Origin: Christensenella sp.
GTDB lineage: Bacteria; Bacillota; Clostridia; Christensenellales; CAG-138
Length of the DNA stretch: 64,000 bases
Assembly: GCA_034926785.1 (NCBI GenBank)
Contig: JAYFQU010000009.1
Location: forward strand, 118-64,117
Direction of reading: 5' to 3'
The translations under genes and the position numbers were made by a program. Below are positions 26,875 to 36,816 of this stretch, piece by piece (position 1 is the stretch's first letter; each line of letters begins with the position of its first letter). The notes under the pieces were generated by a model, which worked only from the letters and a program-made list of their open reading frames with translations, did not search any database and was not told the origin of the DNA.

Positions 26875-27830
26875 TGTGGAATCAGCTGCTGGATACCATT
26901 CTGAAATCGGAGTTTCTGTTTTCTGTCATTCGCATTACCGCCCCGATTCTTTTTGCCGCGCTTGGCGCGGTCATCGCGGAAAAGGCGGGCGTCACCAACA
27001 TCGGTCTTGAGGGCATCATGCTCATCTCGGCGCTGTTTGGCGTGCTGTTCAGCTACTGGACGCAGAGCTGGCTTATCGGCGTGCTCGGCGCGATGATGGT
27101 CGGCGTTCTGCTGGGGCTCATGATGGGGTTCTTCGCGCTGAAGCTCAAGACGGATATCATCTTGGCCGGGATCGCGGTAAACATGATGGGCGCGGGCGGA
27201 ACGATCTTCCTACTCTATATGTTTACCGGTATGCGCGGCAACACCGGCGCGCTGGTCAGCCCCAATATCCTGATTCCGACGGTGAACATCCCGCTGATCA
27301 AGGATATCCCGATTCTGGGTGACGTTCTCTCCGGGCACGCGGTGCTGACCTATCTGGCGTTTCTGCTGGTGTGGCTCATCTGGCTGTTGCTGTATAAAAC
27401 CCCGCTGGGACTCAATATTCGGGCGGTTGGCGAAAACGCAAACGCTGCCTCCAGCGTTGGCGTCAGCGTGCTGAAGATCAAATATATCGCAATCGCCATC
27501 TCCGGCGCACTCGCCGGGTTTGGCGGTGCGTTTATGAGCATGTATTACTCGCAGGGGTGGAACAGCGGCATGGTCGCCGGGCGCGGGTTCATCGCACTTG
27601 CGGCGCAGGCGATGGGCCGCGGCGAACCCGTAGGCGCGATGTTCAGCTCCCTGCTCTTCGGCTTGGCGCAGGCTTTGCGTACTAAGGTCAGCGGCCTGCA
27701 GGGGGTTTCGAGCTATCTGGTTTCGCTCATTCCCTATGTGGTGACCATCCTCGGCCTCGTCATCTATGCGGCGAGCACCATTAAGCGCGTGAAGAAGATC
27801 CGCGCATCCAAACCTGAGGTGAAAGCATGA
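26874..27830 (+). CDS. ABC transporter permease (second permease of the BMP-type importer)
   Basis: 318-aa polytopic membrane protein. Its start overlaps the upstream stop. Confidence 0.8.
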   Translation: MWNQLLDTILKSEFLFSVIRITAPILFAALGAVIAEKAGVTNIGLEGIMLISALFGVLFSYWTQSWLIGVLGAMMVGVLLGLMMGFFALKLKTDIILAGIAVNMMGAGGTIFLLYMFTGMRGNTGALVSPNILIPTVNIPLIKDIPILGDVLSGHAVLTYLAFLLVWLIWLLLYKTPLGLNIRAVGENANAASSVGVSVLKIKYIAIAISGALAGFGGAFMSMYYSQGWNSGMVAGRGFIALAAQAMGRGEPVGAMFSSLLFGLAQALRTKVSGLQGVSSYLVSLIPYVVTILGLVIYAASTIKRVKKIRASKPEVKA

Positions 27831-28768
27831 ATAAAAAGATACCGGTGATTCTGGACGGCGATCCGGGGCACGACGACGCAATCGCGTGGGTACTGGCAAA
27901 CGCGAGTCCCATGCTCGACATCAAGGCCGTAACATCCGTTTGCGGCAACCAGACCATCGAGAAAACGACCTATAACGCGGGACGCATCATGACGCTCATC
28001 GGGCTGGATGTCCCGCTCGCGATGGGCCGGGTGAAGCCGCTCGTCGCGGACGCGATCATCGCGCCGACGGTGCACGGCAACTCCGGCCTCGACGGTCCCG
28101 CCCTGCCGGAGCCGAAGAATCAGCCGGTCGCGCAGGACGCCTGCGTGCTGATGGCGCAGATTCTGGAGCAGAGCGAAGAGCCCGTTGTGCTGATTCCAAC
28201 CGGGCCGCTGACCAACATCGCGGCGCTGATGCTGCTCTACCCGCATTTGAAGCCCAAGATCCGGCATATTTATCTCATGGGCGGCGGCATCCAATTTGGC
28301 AACTGGACGCCGGCGGCGGAGTTTAACATCCTGGTTGATCCCGAGGCGGCGGATGTCGTGTTTCGCAGCGGGGTGCCGATTACAATGGCTGGGTTGGACG
28401 TTACCGAGCGCGCGCTGGTGTTCCCGGAGGATTTCGAACGTATCCGCGCGCTGGGGAATCCCGTTGCCAAGGTGGTTGCCGAATGGTTGGATTTTTTCTA
28501 TGGGTTCCATCGCAGCATCGGCTATCCCGGCGCGCCGATTCACGACGCGGTCGCGGTTGCGGCCCTGGTCCGGCCGGAACTGATGACGGTGCAGGAGATG
28601 TATGTGGAGATCGAAACCACGGGCGACTATTGCCGCGGCGCAACGGTCGGGGACCGGCTCCATGTATTAAACAAGCCCGCCAACGCGCGCGTCATCATGG
28701 AGATCGACCGGCAGGGATTTGTGGATCTGCTTGCCGAGGCAGCGGAATACTACGGAAAGGAGGCGTAA
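27827..28768 (+). CDS. Nucleoside hydrolase (inosine/uridine-preferring family), paralog 1
   Basis: The N-terminal calcium/ribose motif is ILDGDPGHDDAIA. TGPLTNIA and EFNILVDPEAA are also present. Confidence 0.85.
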   Translation: MNKKIPVILDGDPGHDDAIAWVLANASPMLDIKAVTSVCGNQTIEKTTYNAGRIMTLIGLDVPLAMGRVKPLVADAIIAPTVHGNSGLDGPALPEPKNQPVAQDACVLMAQILEQSEEPVVLIPTGPLTNIAALMLLYPHLKPKIRHIYLMGGGIQFGNWTPAAEFNILVDPEAADVVFRSGVPITMAGLDVTERALVFPEDFERIRALGNPVAKVVAEWLDFFYGFHRSIGYPGAPIHDAVAVAALVRPELMTVQEMYVEIETTGDYCRGATVGDRLHVLNKPANARVIMEIDRQGFVDLLAEAAEYYGKEA

Positions 28769-28772
28769 GCAT

Positions 28773-29708
28773 ATGAAGAAACTGCCGATGCTGCTGGACT
28801 GCGACACGGGCGTGGACGACGCGGTCGCCATCCTGCTTTGCAAATATCTCAACAACCTGGAGCTCGTCGCCGCAACCTGCGTCGCGGGCAATGTGGAGGT
28901 AGAGAAAACCACGCTCAACACCTTGCGCGTGCTGGAACTCGCGGGCATGACCCAGATTCCCGTCTATGCCGGGGCAAAACAGCCGCTCATGGGCGTGCAG
29001 GTTATCGCCTCGCATATCCACGGGGAAAACGGACTGAATGACATGGAACTCCCCCTGCCCAAGCGCAAGCCGGAGCAGATGCCCGCCTGGGACGCGATCT
29101 ATGAATATGCGAAGAAATACGCCGGCGAGCTTGTAATCGTTGCCATCGGTCCGCTGACCAACCTCGCGCTCGCAATTGCGAAATATAAGGAACTGCCCAA
29201 ACTCGTCAAGCGCATCGTCATCATGGGCGGCGCGGCGACGGGCGGAAACATCACCCCCAGCGCGGAATTCAACGTATATGCCGACCCGGAGGCGGCGGAT
29301 ATGGTGCTCACCTGCGGCGCGGATGTGTATCTGTGCGGCCTGGACGTGACGATGGCCTCCTATTTTACGCCGGAGGAATTGGATGAACTGGCCGCGCTTG
29401 GCTCCAGACAGGCCGTGTTTGCGCGGGATGTCATGCAGGGGATCTTGCAGTTCTACCGCGCGTATTCTCTAAGCGGCGTGGCGTTTCACGACCCAGTGAC
29501 GGTGCTCTATGCAGACGACGACTCCTATTTTCAGACGGATCGCGCTGGCGTCCGCGTTGAGACGAAGGGGAGGATTACGCGCGGAAAGACCGTCACCGAC
29601 CTGTACAGCGACAAGCAGATGGAACACAACGCCTATCTTGTCACCAAGGTGGATCGCGAAGCGTTCAAGCGCCGCATGTTCGAGATCCTGGCACAATACG
29701 GGGAATAA
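28773..29708 (+). CDS. Nucleoside hydrolase (inosine/uridine-preferring family), paralog 2
   Basis: LLDCDTGVDDAVAI, IGPLTNLA and EFNVYADPEAA are present. The start was moved to ATG 28773 after AAGGAGG. Confidence 0.85.
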   Translation: MKKLPMLLDCDTGVDDAVAILLCKYLNNLELVAATCVAGNVEVEKTTLNTLRVLELAGMTQIPVYAGAKQPLMGVQVIASHIHGENGLNDMELPLPKRKPEQMPAWDAIYEYAKKYAGELVIVAIGPLTNLALAIAKYKELPKLVKRIVIMGGAATGGNITPSAEFNVYADPEAADMVLTCGADVYLCGLDVTMASYFTPEELDELAALGSRQAVFARDVMQGILQFYRAYSLSGVAFHDPVTVLYADDDSYFQTDRAGVRVETKGRITRGKTVTDLYSDKQMEHNAYLVTKVDREAFKRRMFEILAQYGE

Positions 29709-29743
29709 AACAGCACGGCCTTTGCCAATCAGGCAAAGGCCGC

Positions 29744-29898
29744 CAGTCTGTTAAAAAAGTCCTGGGATTGCTAAAGGTCGCAGCCCTTGACCCATCGGTT
29801 CCGCTTGCGGTGGCTTTGCCACCGTGACGGATCGCCCGGAATCGGGCGGTTTCTTCGCCGCTCTTTGCCGTTTGAGGCCCGGAGGACGAGAGGCAAAG
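29744..29898 (+). repeat. Intergenic repeat family A, copy 2 (the 3' end diverges or is truncated)
   Basis: It starts cagtctgttaaaaaagtcctgggattg directly after the hairpin ggcctttgcc aatca ggcaaaggcc. It aligns with copies 1 and 3 up to ...gagaggcaaag. Confidence 0.75.
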
Positions 29899-29936
29899 GC
29901 CGCTTAGGGAAGCCGATTCGGGGCATTACCGCGCGG

Positions 29937-30680
29937 CTAAGCCTGCCGCAGAATCCTTTGGAAGGCATCCAGCGCAACGAAGATCTCGTGTTCCTCGCCC
30001 AGCATGGCTGCGCTTTCGCCGTCCACATAGCTGCTGATGGCCTCGAGCGTGTCCGTTTCGTAGGCGACGACGTTGTTGAGGATGCTCATGGTGCGAATGC
30101 CGCGCAGATGTCCGATGGTGTAGAGCGCCGCGGTCTCCATATCCGCGCCAAGCACGCCCCTCTTCGACCAATAAGCGTCGATTTCCTCTTCACGGTCGGT
30201 ATAGAAGCTGTCGTGGCTTCTCGCTATGCCTGTGTGATAGGAGAATCCGCGCGCTTTTGCGGCCTCGACACAGGCGAAGAGCAGTTCGCTGTTCGGCACG
30301 GCAGGAAAAATCGGGTCGAGATAGGTTTTGCTCGCGCCGTCGTCGCGAACAGCGCCGCTGACCAGCACGAGGTCGCCAATCTTCACCGTGGGCTGCAGCG
30401 CACCGCAGCTGCCGATGCGGATCATGTTTTTGACGCCGAGGTTTTTGAGCTCCTCGACGGCGATGCCGGCGGAGGCGCCGCCGATGCCCGTGGAGACGGC
30501 GAGCACGCGGATGCCCTGATAGTTACCGACGAGGCTGCGGTATTCGCGATTGTAGGCGAGTTCGCTAACCTCGCTCAAAAACGGCTTGATACGATCGAGC
30601 CGCGCAGGATCACCGGGCAGCAGCGCCGAGACGGCGCCGTGGTTTTGGTCGAGGCGGATATGCGGCTGCAGTTGCGGCAT
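29937..30680 (-). CDS. udp: Uridine phosphorylase-like nucleoside phosphorylase (PNP/UDP family 1)
   Basis: LLPGDPARLDRI, VSTGIGGASAGIAVEEL, RIGSCGALQ and GADMETAAL resemble E. coli Udp more than DeoD. The start was chosen at ATG 30680 (MPQLQ) because GGAAGGAG lies upstream of it. Confidence 0.7.
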   Translation of the reverse strand: MPQLQPHIRLDQNHGAVSALLPGDPARLDRIKPFLSEVSELAYNREYRSLVGNYQGIRVLAVSTGIGGASAGIAVEELKNLGVKNMIRIGSCGALQPTVKIGDLVLVSGAVRDDGASKTYLDPIFPAVPNSELLFACVEAAKARGFSYHTGIARSHDSFYTDREEEIDAYWSKRGVLGADMETAALYTIGHLRGIRTMSILNNVVAYETDTLEAISSYVDGESAAMLGEEHEIFVALDAFQRILRQA

Positions 30681-30762
30681 GGATTCTTTCGCTCCTTCCA
30701 TCCATCGTCATGGTATCATTTTAGCATAGAAAACAAGAATCATCATACGGAGGCAAACGAAC

Positions 30763-31692
30763 TTGGCTAACATTCTCAACTTCGGTTCCCTGAATCTGGA
30801 CCAGGTGTATCGCGTGGACGCGTTTGTGCAGCCCGGCGAGACCAAGTCCAGCCTGTCCCTCGAAACCCATTGCGGCGGCAAGGGGCTTAACCAGTCCGTC
30901 GCGGCGGCGCGCGCAGGCGCGAAGATCTGGCACGCGGGGCTGATCGGTTGCGACGGGGATATGCTCTATGACAAGCTGAATGAAAACGGGGTGAATCTCT
31001 CTTTGACGGAGCGTTCCTCCGGCGTCTCCGGCCACGCCATTATTCAGGTGGACAACAACGGTCAAAACTGCATTCTCCTCTATGGCGGCACAAACCAGCA
31101 ACTGACGGAGGACTATGTGGATCGCGCGCTGGAGGCCTTTGGCAGCGAGGGGCTGGTGCTTGTGCAAAACGAGACAAACCTTGTGGGCTATATCATGCGC
31201 CGCGCGCACGAAAAGGGGCTCCAGGTTGCCATCAATGCGGCGCCGATGGACGAAAAGGTCTTTACCTATCCGTTGGAATTTGTGGATTGGCTCATCGTCA
31301 ACGAGATCGAGGGGGCAAGCATCGCCAACTGTGAATTTGAGGTAGATATTCTGCCGACGCTCGCAAGAAAATATCCGGACATGAGCGTGCTGCTCACCCT
31401 CGGCAAGCGCGGGGCAATCTGCGTGCGCGGCGGCGAAAGCGCGAAAAGTGGCATCTATCCTGTCAAGGTCGTGGATACCACGGCGGCCGGCGATACCTTT
31501 CTGGGCTACTTTCTCGCGGAGGTGCTGGACGGCAGGAGCCTGCAGGATGCGCTCGCGCTCGCGACCGTCGCCTCCTCCATGTGTGTGCAGGTGATGGGCG
31601 CGGCGGATTCCGTTCCGCTGCGCAGGGATGCGCTCGCGGCAAAGGAGAACGGCTCGCTTGGCAAACTCGGCGAGTGGGGCGGCTGGCGATGA
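30763..31692 (+). CDS. rbsK: Ribokinase (PfkB family)
   Basis: GSLNLDQVY, GGKGLNQSVAAARAG and the C-terminal DTTAAGDTFLGYF motif are present. It has a TTG start after GGAGG. Confidence 0.8.
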   Translation: MANILNFGSLNLDQVYRVDAFVQPGETKSSLSLETHCGGKGLNQSVAAARAGAKIWHAGLIGCDGDMLYDKLNENGVNLSLTERSSGVSGHAIIQVDNNGQNCILLYGGTNQQLTEDYVDRALEAFGSEGLVLVQNETNLVGYIMRRAHEKGLQVAINAAPMDEKVFTYPLEFVDWLIVNEIEGASIANCEFEVDILPTLARKYPDMSVLLTLGKRGAICVRGGESAKSGIYPVKVVDTTAAGDTFLGYFLAEVLDGRSLQDALALATVASSMCVQVMGAADSVPLRRDALAAKENGSLGKLGEWGGWR

Positions 31693-32282
31693 CGGACGTA
31701 CTCTACATCGACTGCTGTATCCGCGGCGAGCAGAGCCGGACGCGGAAACTCGCTGAGGCGTTTTTGTCGGAACTGGACAAACGCGAAGAGTTCTCCATCG
31801 AACGGCTGACGCTCATGGACGAGCCGCTCCTCCCGTTTGCGAACGGTTTTTTCTGGCAACGCGAGCGACTGCTGGAGTCCGGCGCGCTGGATCACCCGCG
31901 GTTTCGCTATGCGCATAGGTTTCAGCGGGCGGAGAGAATCGTAATCGCCGCGCCGTTCTGGGACCTGAGCTTTCCCGCGCTGCTCAAGGTCTATATCGAG
32001 AATCTCTGCGTGCAGGGCATCACCTTCGACTGCGACGAGAAGAACGGCTGTTTCGGCGTCTGCCGGGCGGAGAAGATGCTGTTTTTGACCACGCGCGGCG
32101 GTGCGCTGGAGGGCAGCGCGATGGACAACGGAACAAAATATCTGGGCGACATGGCAAGGTTCTTCGGCATTCCGTCGTTTAGTTGGATCGCGGCGGATGC
32201 CCTGGATGCCGGGCTGGAACCTGTGGAGACGATCTTAACCCGTGCGATTGCGCGCGCGCAGGAAACGGCGCGGACGTTTTAG
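31689..32282 (+). CDS. Flavodoxin-like fold NAD(P)H-dependent oxidoreductase (azoreductase/quinone reductase-like)
   Basis: 197 aa. Its start overlaps the ribokinase stop (ATGA). The pattern ADRIVIAAPFWDLSFPALLKVYIE is typical of the Flavodoxin_2 family. Confidence 0.6.
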   Translation: MTDVLYIDCCIRGEQSRTRKLAEAFLSELDKREEFSIERLTLMDEPLLPFANGFFWQRERLLESGALDHPRFRYAHRFQRAERIVIAAPFWDLSFPALLKVYIENLCVQGITFDCDEKNGCFGVCRAEKMLFLTTRGGALEGSAMDNGTKYLGDMARFFGIPSFSWIAADALDAGLEPVETILTRAIARAQETARTF

Positions 32283-32300
32283 GGTTAGAAAGGCAGCGAC

Positions 32301-33371
32301 ATGAAGGCGGTAGTTTACGAGAGAAAAGGTATGGTGCGTCTGACCGATGTGCCTATGCCGACGATACGGGAGCCGAGGGATGCGATCGTGCGCGTTACGC
32401 GCGCGTCCATCTGTTCAAGCGATTTGCATATTCGAAACGGCGGCGTTCCGCGCGCAAAAGAGGGCGTCGTACTGGGACACGAATTTGTCGGCGAGATCGT
32501 TGAGACGGGCGCGGGCGTGAAAAGGTTTCAAAAGGGTGATCGGGTCGCGGTGAATGTTGAGAGCTTCTGCGGTGAATGCTTCTATTGCCGCAGGGGATTC
32601 GTCAACAACTGTGTGGAGGGCGGCTGGGAGCTCGGCTGCCGGATCGACGGCGGCCAGGCGGAGTTTGCCCGCGTGCCGACGGCGGATATGAGCTGCACGC
32701 GCATACCGGATTCCATCTCCGACGAGCAGGCGCTGTTTGTGGGCGATGTGCTTGCAACCGGCTATTGGGCGGCGGGCATCGGCGAGATTCAGCCCGCGGA
32801 TGTGGTGCTCGTGCTTGGCGCGGGGCCGACGGGGCTGACCACCATGATGTCTGCGCGGCTCTTCGGGCCGGCGGTCATTGTCGCGGCGGACGTCAACGAA
32901 TCCCGCCTTGCGCTGGCAAAGGCGCACGGGCTTTGCGACATCACCGTCAACCCGAAGGAGCAGGATGTGGTCGAGATCGTTCGCTCGTTGACCGAGGGGC
33001 GCGGCGCGGATGTGGTGTTTGAGGTGGCAGGTGCGAAAGACACCTTTTCGCTTGCCTGGCAGGCCGCGCGGCCAAACGCGGTTGTGGTCGTTGTCGCGCT
33101 CTATGAAAGCGCGCAGTTCCTTCCGCTGCACCAGATGTACGGCAAGAACCTGACGTTTAAGACCGGCGGCGTGGACGCGGGCAAATGCGCAGAGATCATG
33201 CGCCTCATCGAGGCGGGGCGGCTTGACACAAGCCTGATGATGACCCACCGTGCGCCGTTAAACGAAATCATATGCGGTTACGAGATCTTTTCCGGCCAAA
33301 AGGACGGCTGCATCAAATGGGTTGTTACGCCGTTTGAGCCGGAAAAACCCATACCGGCGGTTGTTTTTTGA
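32301..33371 (+). CDS. Zinc-dependent alcohol dehydrogenase family protein (MDR superfamily)
   Basis: The catalytic Zn motif is ICSSDLH...GHEFVG. The structural Zn site is CGECFYCRRGFVNNC. The Rossmann motif is VLGAGPTG. Confidence 0.8.
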   Translation: MKAVVYERKGMVRLTDVPMPTIREPRDAIVRVTRASICSSDLHIRNGGVPRAKEGVVLGHEFVGEIVETGAGVKRFQKGDRVAVNVESFCGECFYCRRGFVNNCVEGGWELGCRIDGGQAEFARVPTADMSCTRIPDSISDEQALFVGDVLATGYWAAGIGEIQPADVVLVLGAGPTGLTTMMSARLFGPAVIVAADVNESRLALAKAHGLCDITVNPKEQDVVEIVRSLTEGRGADVVFEVAGAKDTFSLAWQAARPNAVVVVVALYESAQFLPLHQMYGKNLTFKTGGVDAGKCAEIMRLIEAGRLDTSLMMTHRAPLNEIICGYEIFSGQKDGCIKWVVTPFEPEKPIPAVVF

Positions 33372-33402
33372 GTGGCAACAGGGGAGAGTATGTGGCATTT
33401 GA

Positions 33403-33843
33403 ACCAGCGGTGCGGGCGCTGGAGCCAAGACGGATCGAATGGCGCAGGCGCGCTGGAGGGCGCGGCTGATAGCGGGGCGCGTTGCCGAGGCGCACGGGTG
33501 TACGGCGGGGATGGAGTGGACGGAAGGGTATCCGAGTGTGGCGAATGATCCTGCGCTGACGAAGCGTGCGGAGGATATCATTGTCGCACGGTTTGGCACG
33601 GAGCGCATTCAGTCCATCGGCGCCATCATGCCGGGCGAGGATTCCTCCTATTTTAAGGAGGGCAGGCCGGGCTTTTTCGTGGAACTTAGCGCCCGAAATC
33701 CCGCGCTTGGGTGCGATCTGCCGCATCATAACCCGCGCCGTCGTATGGACGAGGGCGCGCTGATCTTTGGATTGCAGTATCAATTTAATCTGGTACGCGC
33801 GCTGCTGGAAGGCACGCGGGATTTTGAGGGGACGGTACGATGA
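33403..33843 (+). pseudogene. 3' remnant of an M20D-family amidohydrolase (N-acyl-amino-acid amidohydrolase/hippuricase type)
   Basis: Only the C-terminal third is present (...EGYPSVANDPALT..., MPGEDSSYF, FFVELSARNP..., LPHHNPRRRMDE). The open frame starts right after the ADH stop, and no N-terminal catalytic domain is found in any frame. Confidence 0.55.
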
Positions 33844-34694
33844 AGCTCACTGTGCTCGTGGATAACCACACCTATATCGACCGATATTATCTCGGCGAGC
33901 CTGCGGTCAGCTATCTGATTGAGGATGGCGAGCATCTGATTTTGTTCGATATGGGATATTCGGATGTTTTTCTTGAAAATGCCAAGCGGATGGGGATTGA
34001 TTTGGGTCGCGTGACGGACATCGTTCTCTCCCACGGGCACAACGACCACACAGGCGGACTGCCCGCGTTTTTCGCGCGGTTTACGCAGCCGGTCCGTCTC
34101 TTTGCGCACCTGAGCGCGTTTTTACCGAAGCGCCATCAGGGCGCGGACGCAGGTTCGCCGATGCCGCTCTATGAATTGCCCCGATGGGTTTCGCTCCAGC
34201 TGGGCGCAAAGCCGCGGCGGGTCAGCGAGCACATTTGGTGCCTCGGCGAGGTTCCGCGCATCTTTCCCTTTGAGCTTGATCGCGCGGTTGGCGAAACGCT
34301 CTCCTCCTGCGGCTGCTGTTGGGAGAGCGACACGCTCAGGGACGACACCGCGCTTGTGCTGGCGCTGCCGGAGGGGGCATTCGTGGTTACGGGCTGCGCG
34401 CACGCGGGCGTTTGCAACACGGTCGCCTATGCAAAACAGGTGTCGGGCGCTTCGCGCACGCTTGGTTTGCTTGGCGGGTTTCATCTGTTTGAGACGGGTG
34501 AAGCGCTGGATCGAACGCTGGCGGAACTCCGAAATCTTGGGGTCGAGCGGGTTTATCCCGCGCACTGCACCTCGCTTCCGGTCAAGGCCGCGTTCGTTGG
34601 CGCGTTTGATACGGTTGAGGTCGGCGTTGGGCTGCAGATCGACTGGCAGCTAGGCGGGACGCCGCCCGCGCGGAGCGGGATGATGCCGGATTGA
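33840..34694 (+). CDS. MBL-fold metallo-hydrolase
   Basis: The N-terminus MKLTVLVDN... is followed by the metal motif LSHGHNDHTGG and a C-terminal AHCTS. Its start overlaps the remnant ORF stop (ATGA). Confidence 0.7.
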   Translation: MKLTVLVDNHTYIDRYYLGEPAVSYLIEDGEHLILFDMGYSDVFLENAKRMGIDLGRVTDIVLSHGHNDHTGGLPAFFARFTQPVRLFAHLSAFLPKRHQGADAGSPMPLYELPRWVSLQLGAKPRRVSEHIWCLGEVPRIFPFELDRAVGETLSSCGCCWESDTLRDDTALVLALPEGAFVVTGCAHAGVCNTVAYAKQVSGASRTLGLLGGFHLFETGEALDRTLAELRNLGVERVYPAHCTSLPVKAAFVGAFDTVEVGVGLQIDWQLGGTPPARSGMMPD

Positions 34695-34858
34695 CGAAAG
34701 TTTGATATAATAAAGTGTGCGGAGTGTGACGCGGCGCGCAGGGGAACAACACGGTTTCCTGAAATCATGCTAACAGGCATGGCTTTGGCTGCGCGTATGG
34801 ATCAGCGCGGGTTGTTTGATCGCGGCAGAGAACAGACCATACTGAGGGAGGGCCCAAA

Positions 34859-36616
34859 ATGGATTTGATAACCGATTCCCGTGCGCTGATGATCGTAGGT
34901 CAGCTGCTGGATACAAAGAGTTCCGTCAAGCCAATTCTAGAGCGGACGGCGCAGAAGCCGAAGTTCGTCTCCGCCCCGATGCAGAAGCTTTTCCCCCGCG
35001 CGACGCCGGAGTCCCAGGGCGTATCGTCGCAGAAAATTGCGGACTTTCTCAACGCCCTTCGAGACGACGCCACACTGGACATGCACGGTGTGTTCGTCAT
35101 CAAAAACGGAAAGATGATCGCCGAGGCGACCTTTGGCGCCTATGATCAGAGCTATTGGCACATCACGCACTCCGAATGCAAATCCATCACGGGGCTTGCC
35201 GTCGGGATGCTCATCGCCGAAGGGAAGATGAGCCTTGAAGACCGCATTGTGGATCTCTTCGCCGGACGTGTGAACAAGATCAATCAGCTCACGCACCGCA
35301 ACATGACGATTCGCCACCTCTTGACCATGACGAGCGGGGTGACCTTCAACGAGGCGGGCTCGGTAACGGAAAAGGATTGGGTGAAGTGCTTTCTGGAATC
35401 GGCGGTGCTCAAGGAACCGGGTTCCACCTTTAACTATAACAGCATGAATACCTATATGCTCGGCGCCGCGATTCGGCAGGTCACTGGCCAGGGGCTGGTG
35501 GACTACCTCAGGCCGCGGCTGTTTGAACCGCTCGGAATCACCAACTTCTTCTGGGAGACCTGCCCGATGGGGAATGAGAAGGGCGGCTGGGGGCTCTATA
35601 TTCTGCCGGAGGACATCGCAAAGATCGGTTGGATGGTGATGCAGGGCGGCAGCTTTGACGGGCGGCAGATCATAGCGGAAGACTGGATCAAGGAGCAGAC
35701 CGGTGCGCACGCCGAGCCGCCTAAAACCCTTGGCAACTATGACTATGGTTACCAGACCTGGGTCGGGCGAAACGAGAAAGCATTCCTCTTCAACGGTATG
35801 TTTGGACAAAATGTACTCGGCTTTTTAGACAGCGGTTATCTGCTTGTCTCCAACGCGGGCAACAACGAACTCTTTCAGCAGAGCGCATATTATGAGATCG
35901 CCACGCACTTCTTCGCAAAACCGGACGAGGGGCGCATCAGCATCTCGCTCTCCGGCGTTAACGCGCTGGCAAGCGCAAAGAAACGGCTCAAGATGGACCT
36001 CTACCAACCGCAGATCGCGCTCTTTGGCGATCTGTTCAGCCAGAAGGCGAAGCTCGATTCTCGCGAGATCATCAAGCGGCTTGACGGCAAGGTATATTTT
36101 GCCACGGAGGATAAGCGCGCCTCCTCTGTCGGTCTGTTCCCGCTCTATGCGCAGACGCTGCAAAACAACTTTACACGCGGGCTTCGCTCCGTGTCATTCC
36201 ATAATCGCGGGGGAATGCTCGAACTCATGATCGATGAGATCGACGAGCGGCATACTCTCCCGGTTGGGCTCGACGCGCCGGAATATGCGGACGTTACCGT
36301 CCATGGCGAATGCCATCGAGTCGGCGTCAGCGGCCGGTTTTCGCTGGATGAAGCGGGGATGGCGACGCTTCTTGTCCGCGTTTCGTTTCTGGAGATTGCA
36401 AACGCGCGGCTCATTCGCTTTCGGTTTTTTGACGATCGAATCGAAACCCTCTGGAAGGAGTATCCGGGCAAGGGATATATCGCCGACGCCTACAACGAAA
36501 TCAAGGGGCAGAGCGCGTTTTTGGAGTCGATTCTGGCGCGATCGGATGAGGATATGCTTATGTTCCGCATGGGACGCGTCCTGGAGCCCCGCGTGATTCT
36601 GCAGATGCAGAAATAG
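34859..36616 (+). CDS. Serine hydrolase of the beta-lactamase (class C/PBP-like) family with a C-terminal extension
   Basis: 585 aa. The SxxK motif is HSECKSITG, with a downstream YNSMN (YxN-like) motif. Confidence 0.75.
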   Translation: MDLITDSRALMIVGQLLDTKSSVKPILERTAQKPKFVSAPMQKLFPRATPESQGVSSQKIADFLNALRDDATLDMHGVFVIKNGKMIAEATFGAYDQSYWHITHSECKSITGLAVGMLIAEGKMSLEDRIVDLFAGRVNKINQLTHRNMTIRHLLTMTSGVTFNEAGSVTEKDWVKCFLESAVLKEPGSTFNYNSMNTYMLGAAIRQVTGQGLVDYLRPRLFEPLGITNFFWETCPMGNEKGGWGLYILPEDIAKIGWMVMQGGSFDGRQIIAEDWIKEQTGAHAEPPKTLGNYDYGYQTWVGRNEKAFLFNGMFGQNVLGFLDSGYLLVSNAGNNELFQQSAYYEIATHFFAKPDEGRISISLSGVNALASAKKRLKMDLYQPQIALFGDLFSQKAKLDSREIIKRLDGKVYFATEDKRASSVGLFPLYAQTLQNNFTRGLRSVSFHNRGGMLELMIDEIDERHTLPVGLDAPEYADVTVHGECHRVGVSGRFSLDEAGMATLLVRVSFLEIANARLIRFRFFDDRIETLWKEYPGKGYIADAYNEIKGQSAFLESILARSDEDMLMFRMGRVLEPRVILQMQK

Positions 36617-36816
36617 CCGGCAAGATTTTGACGACGGAGCGGAGCGCGCCGATCAAAATAAAAAGTGAACACTTTTGAAAAAGGTTGCAACACTTTCGTC
36701 TTTTTGGGGGAAACCTCTTGAAAAGACGGCTAAAATCAATATACTGTCCATAGACATAAAATCCTAGTTTCGTTACGTTGTAACAAAACGGCGCGTCTAT
36801 GTATGGGGGAGGAACC

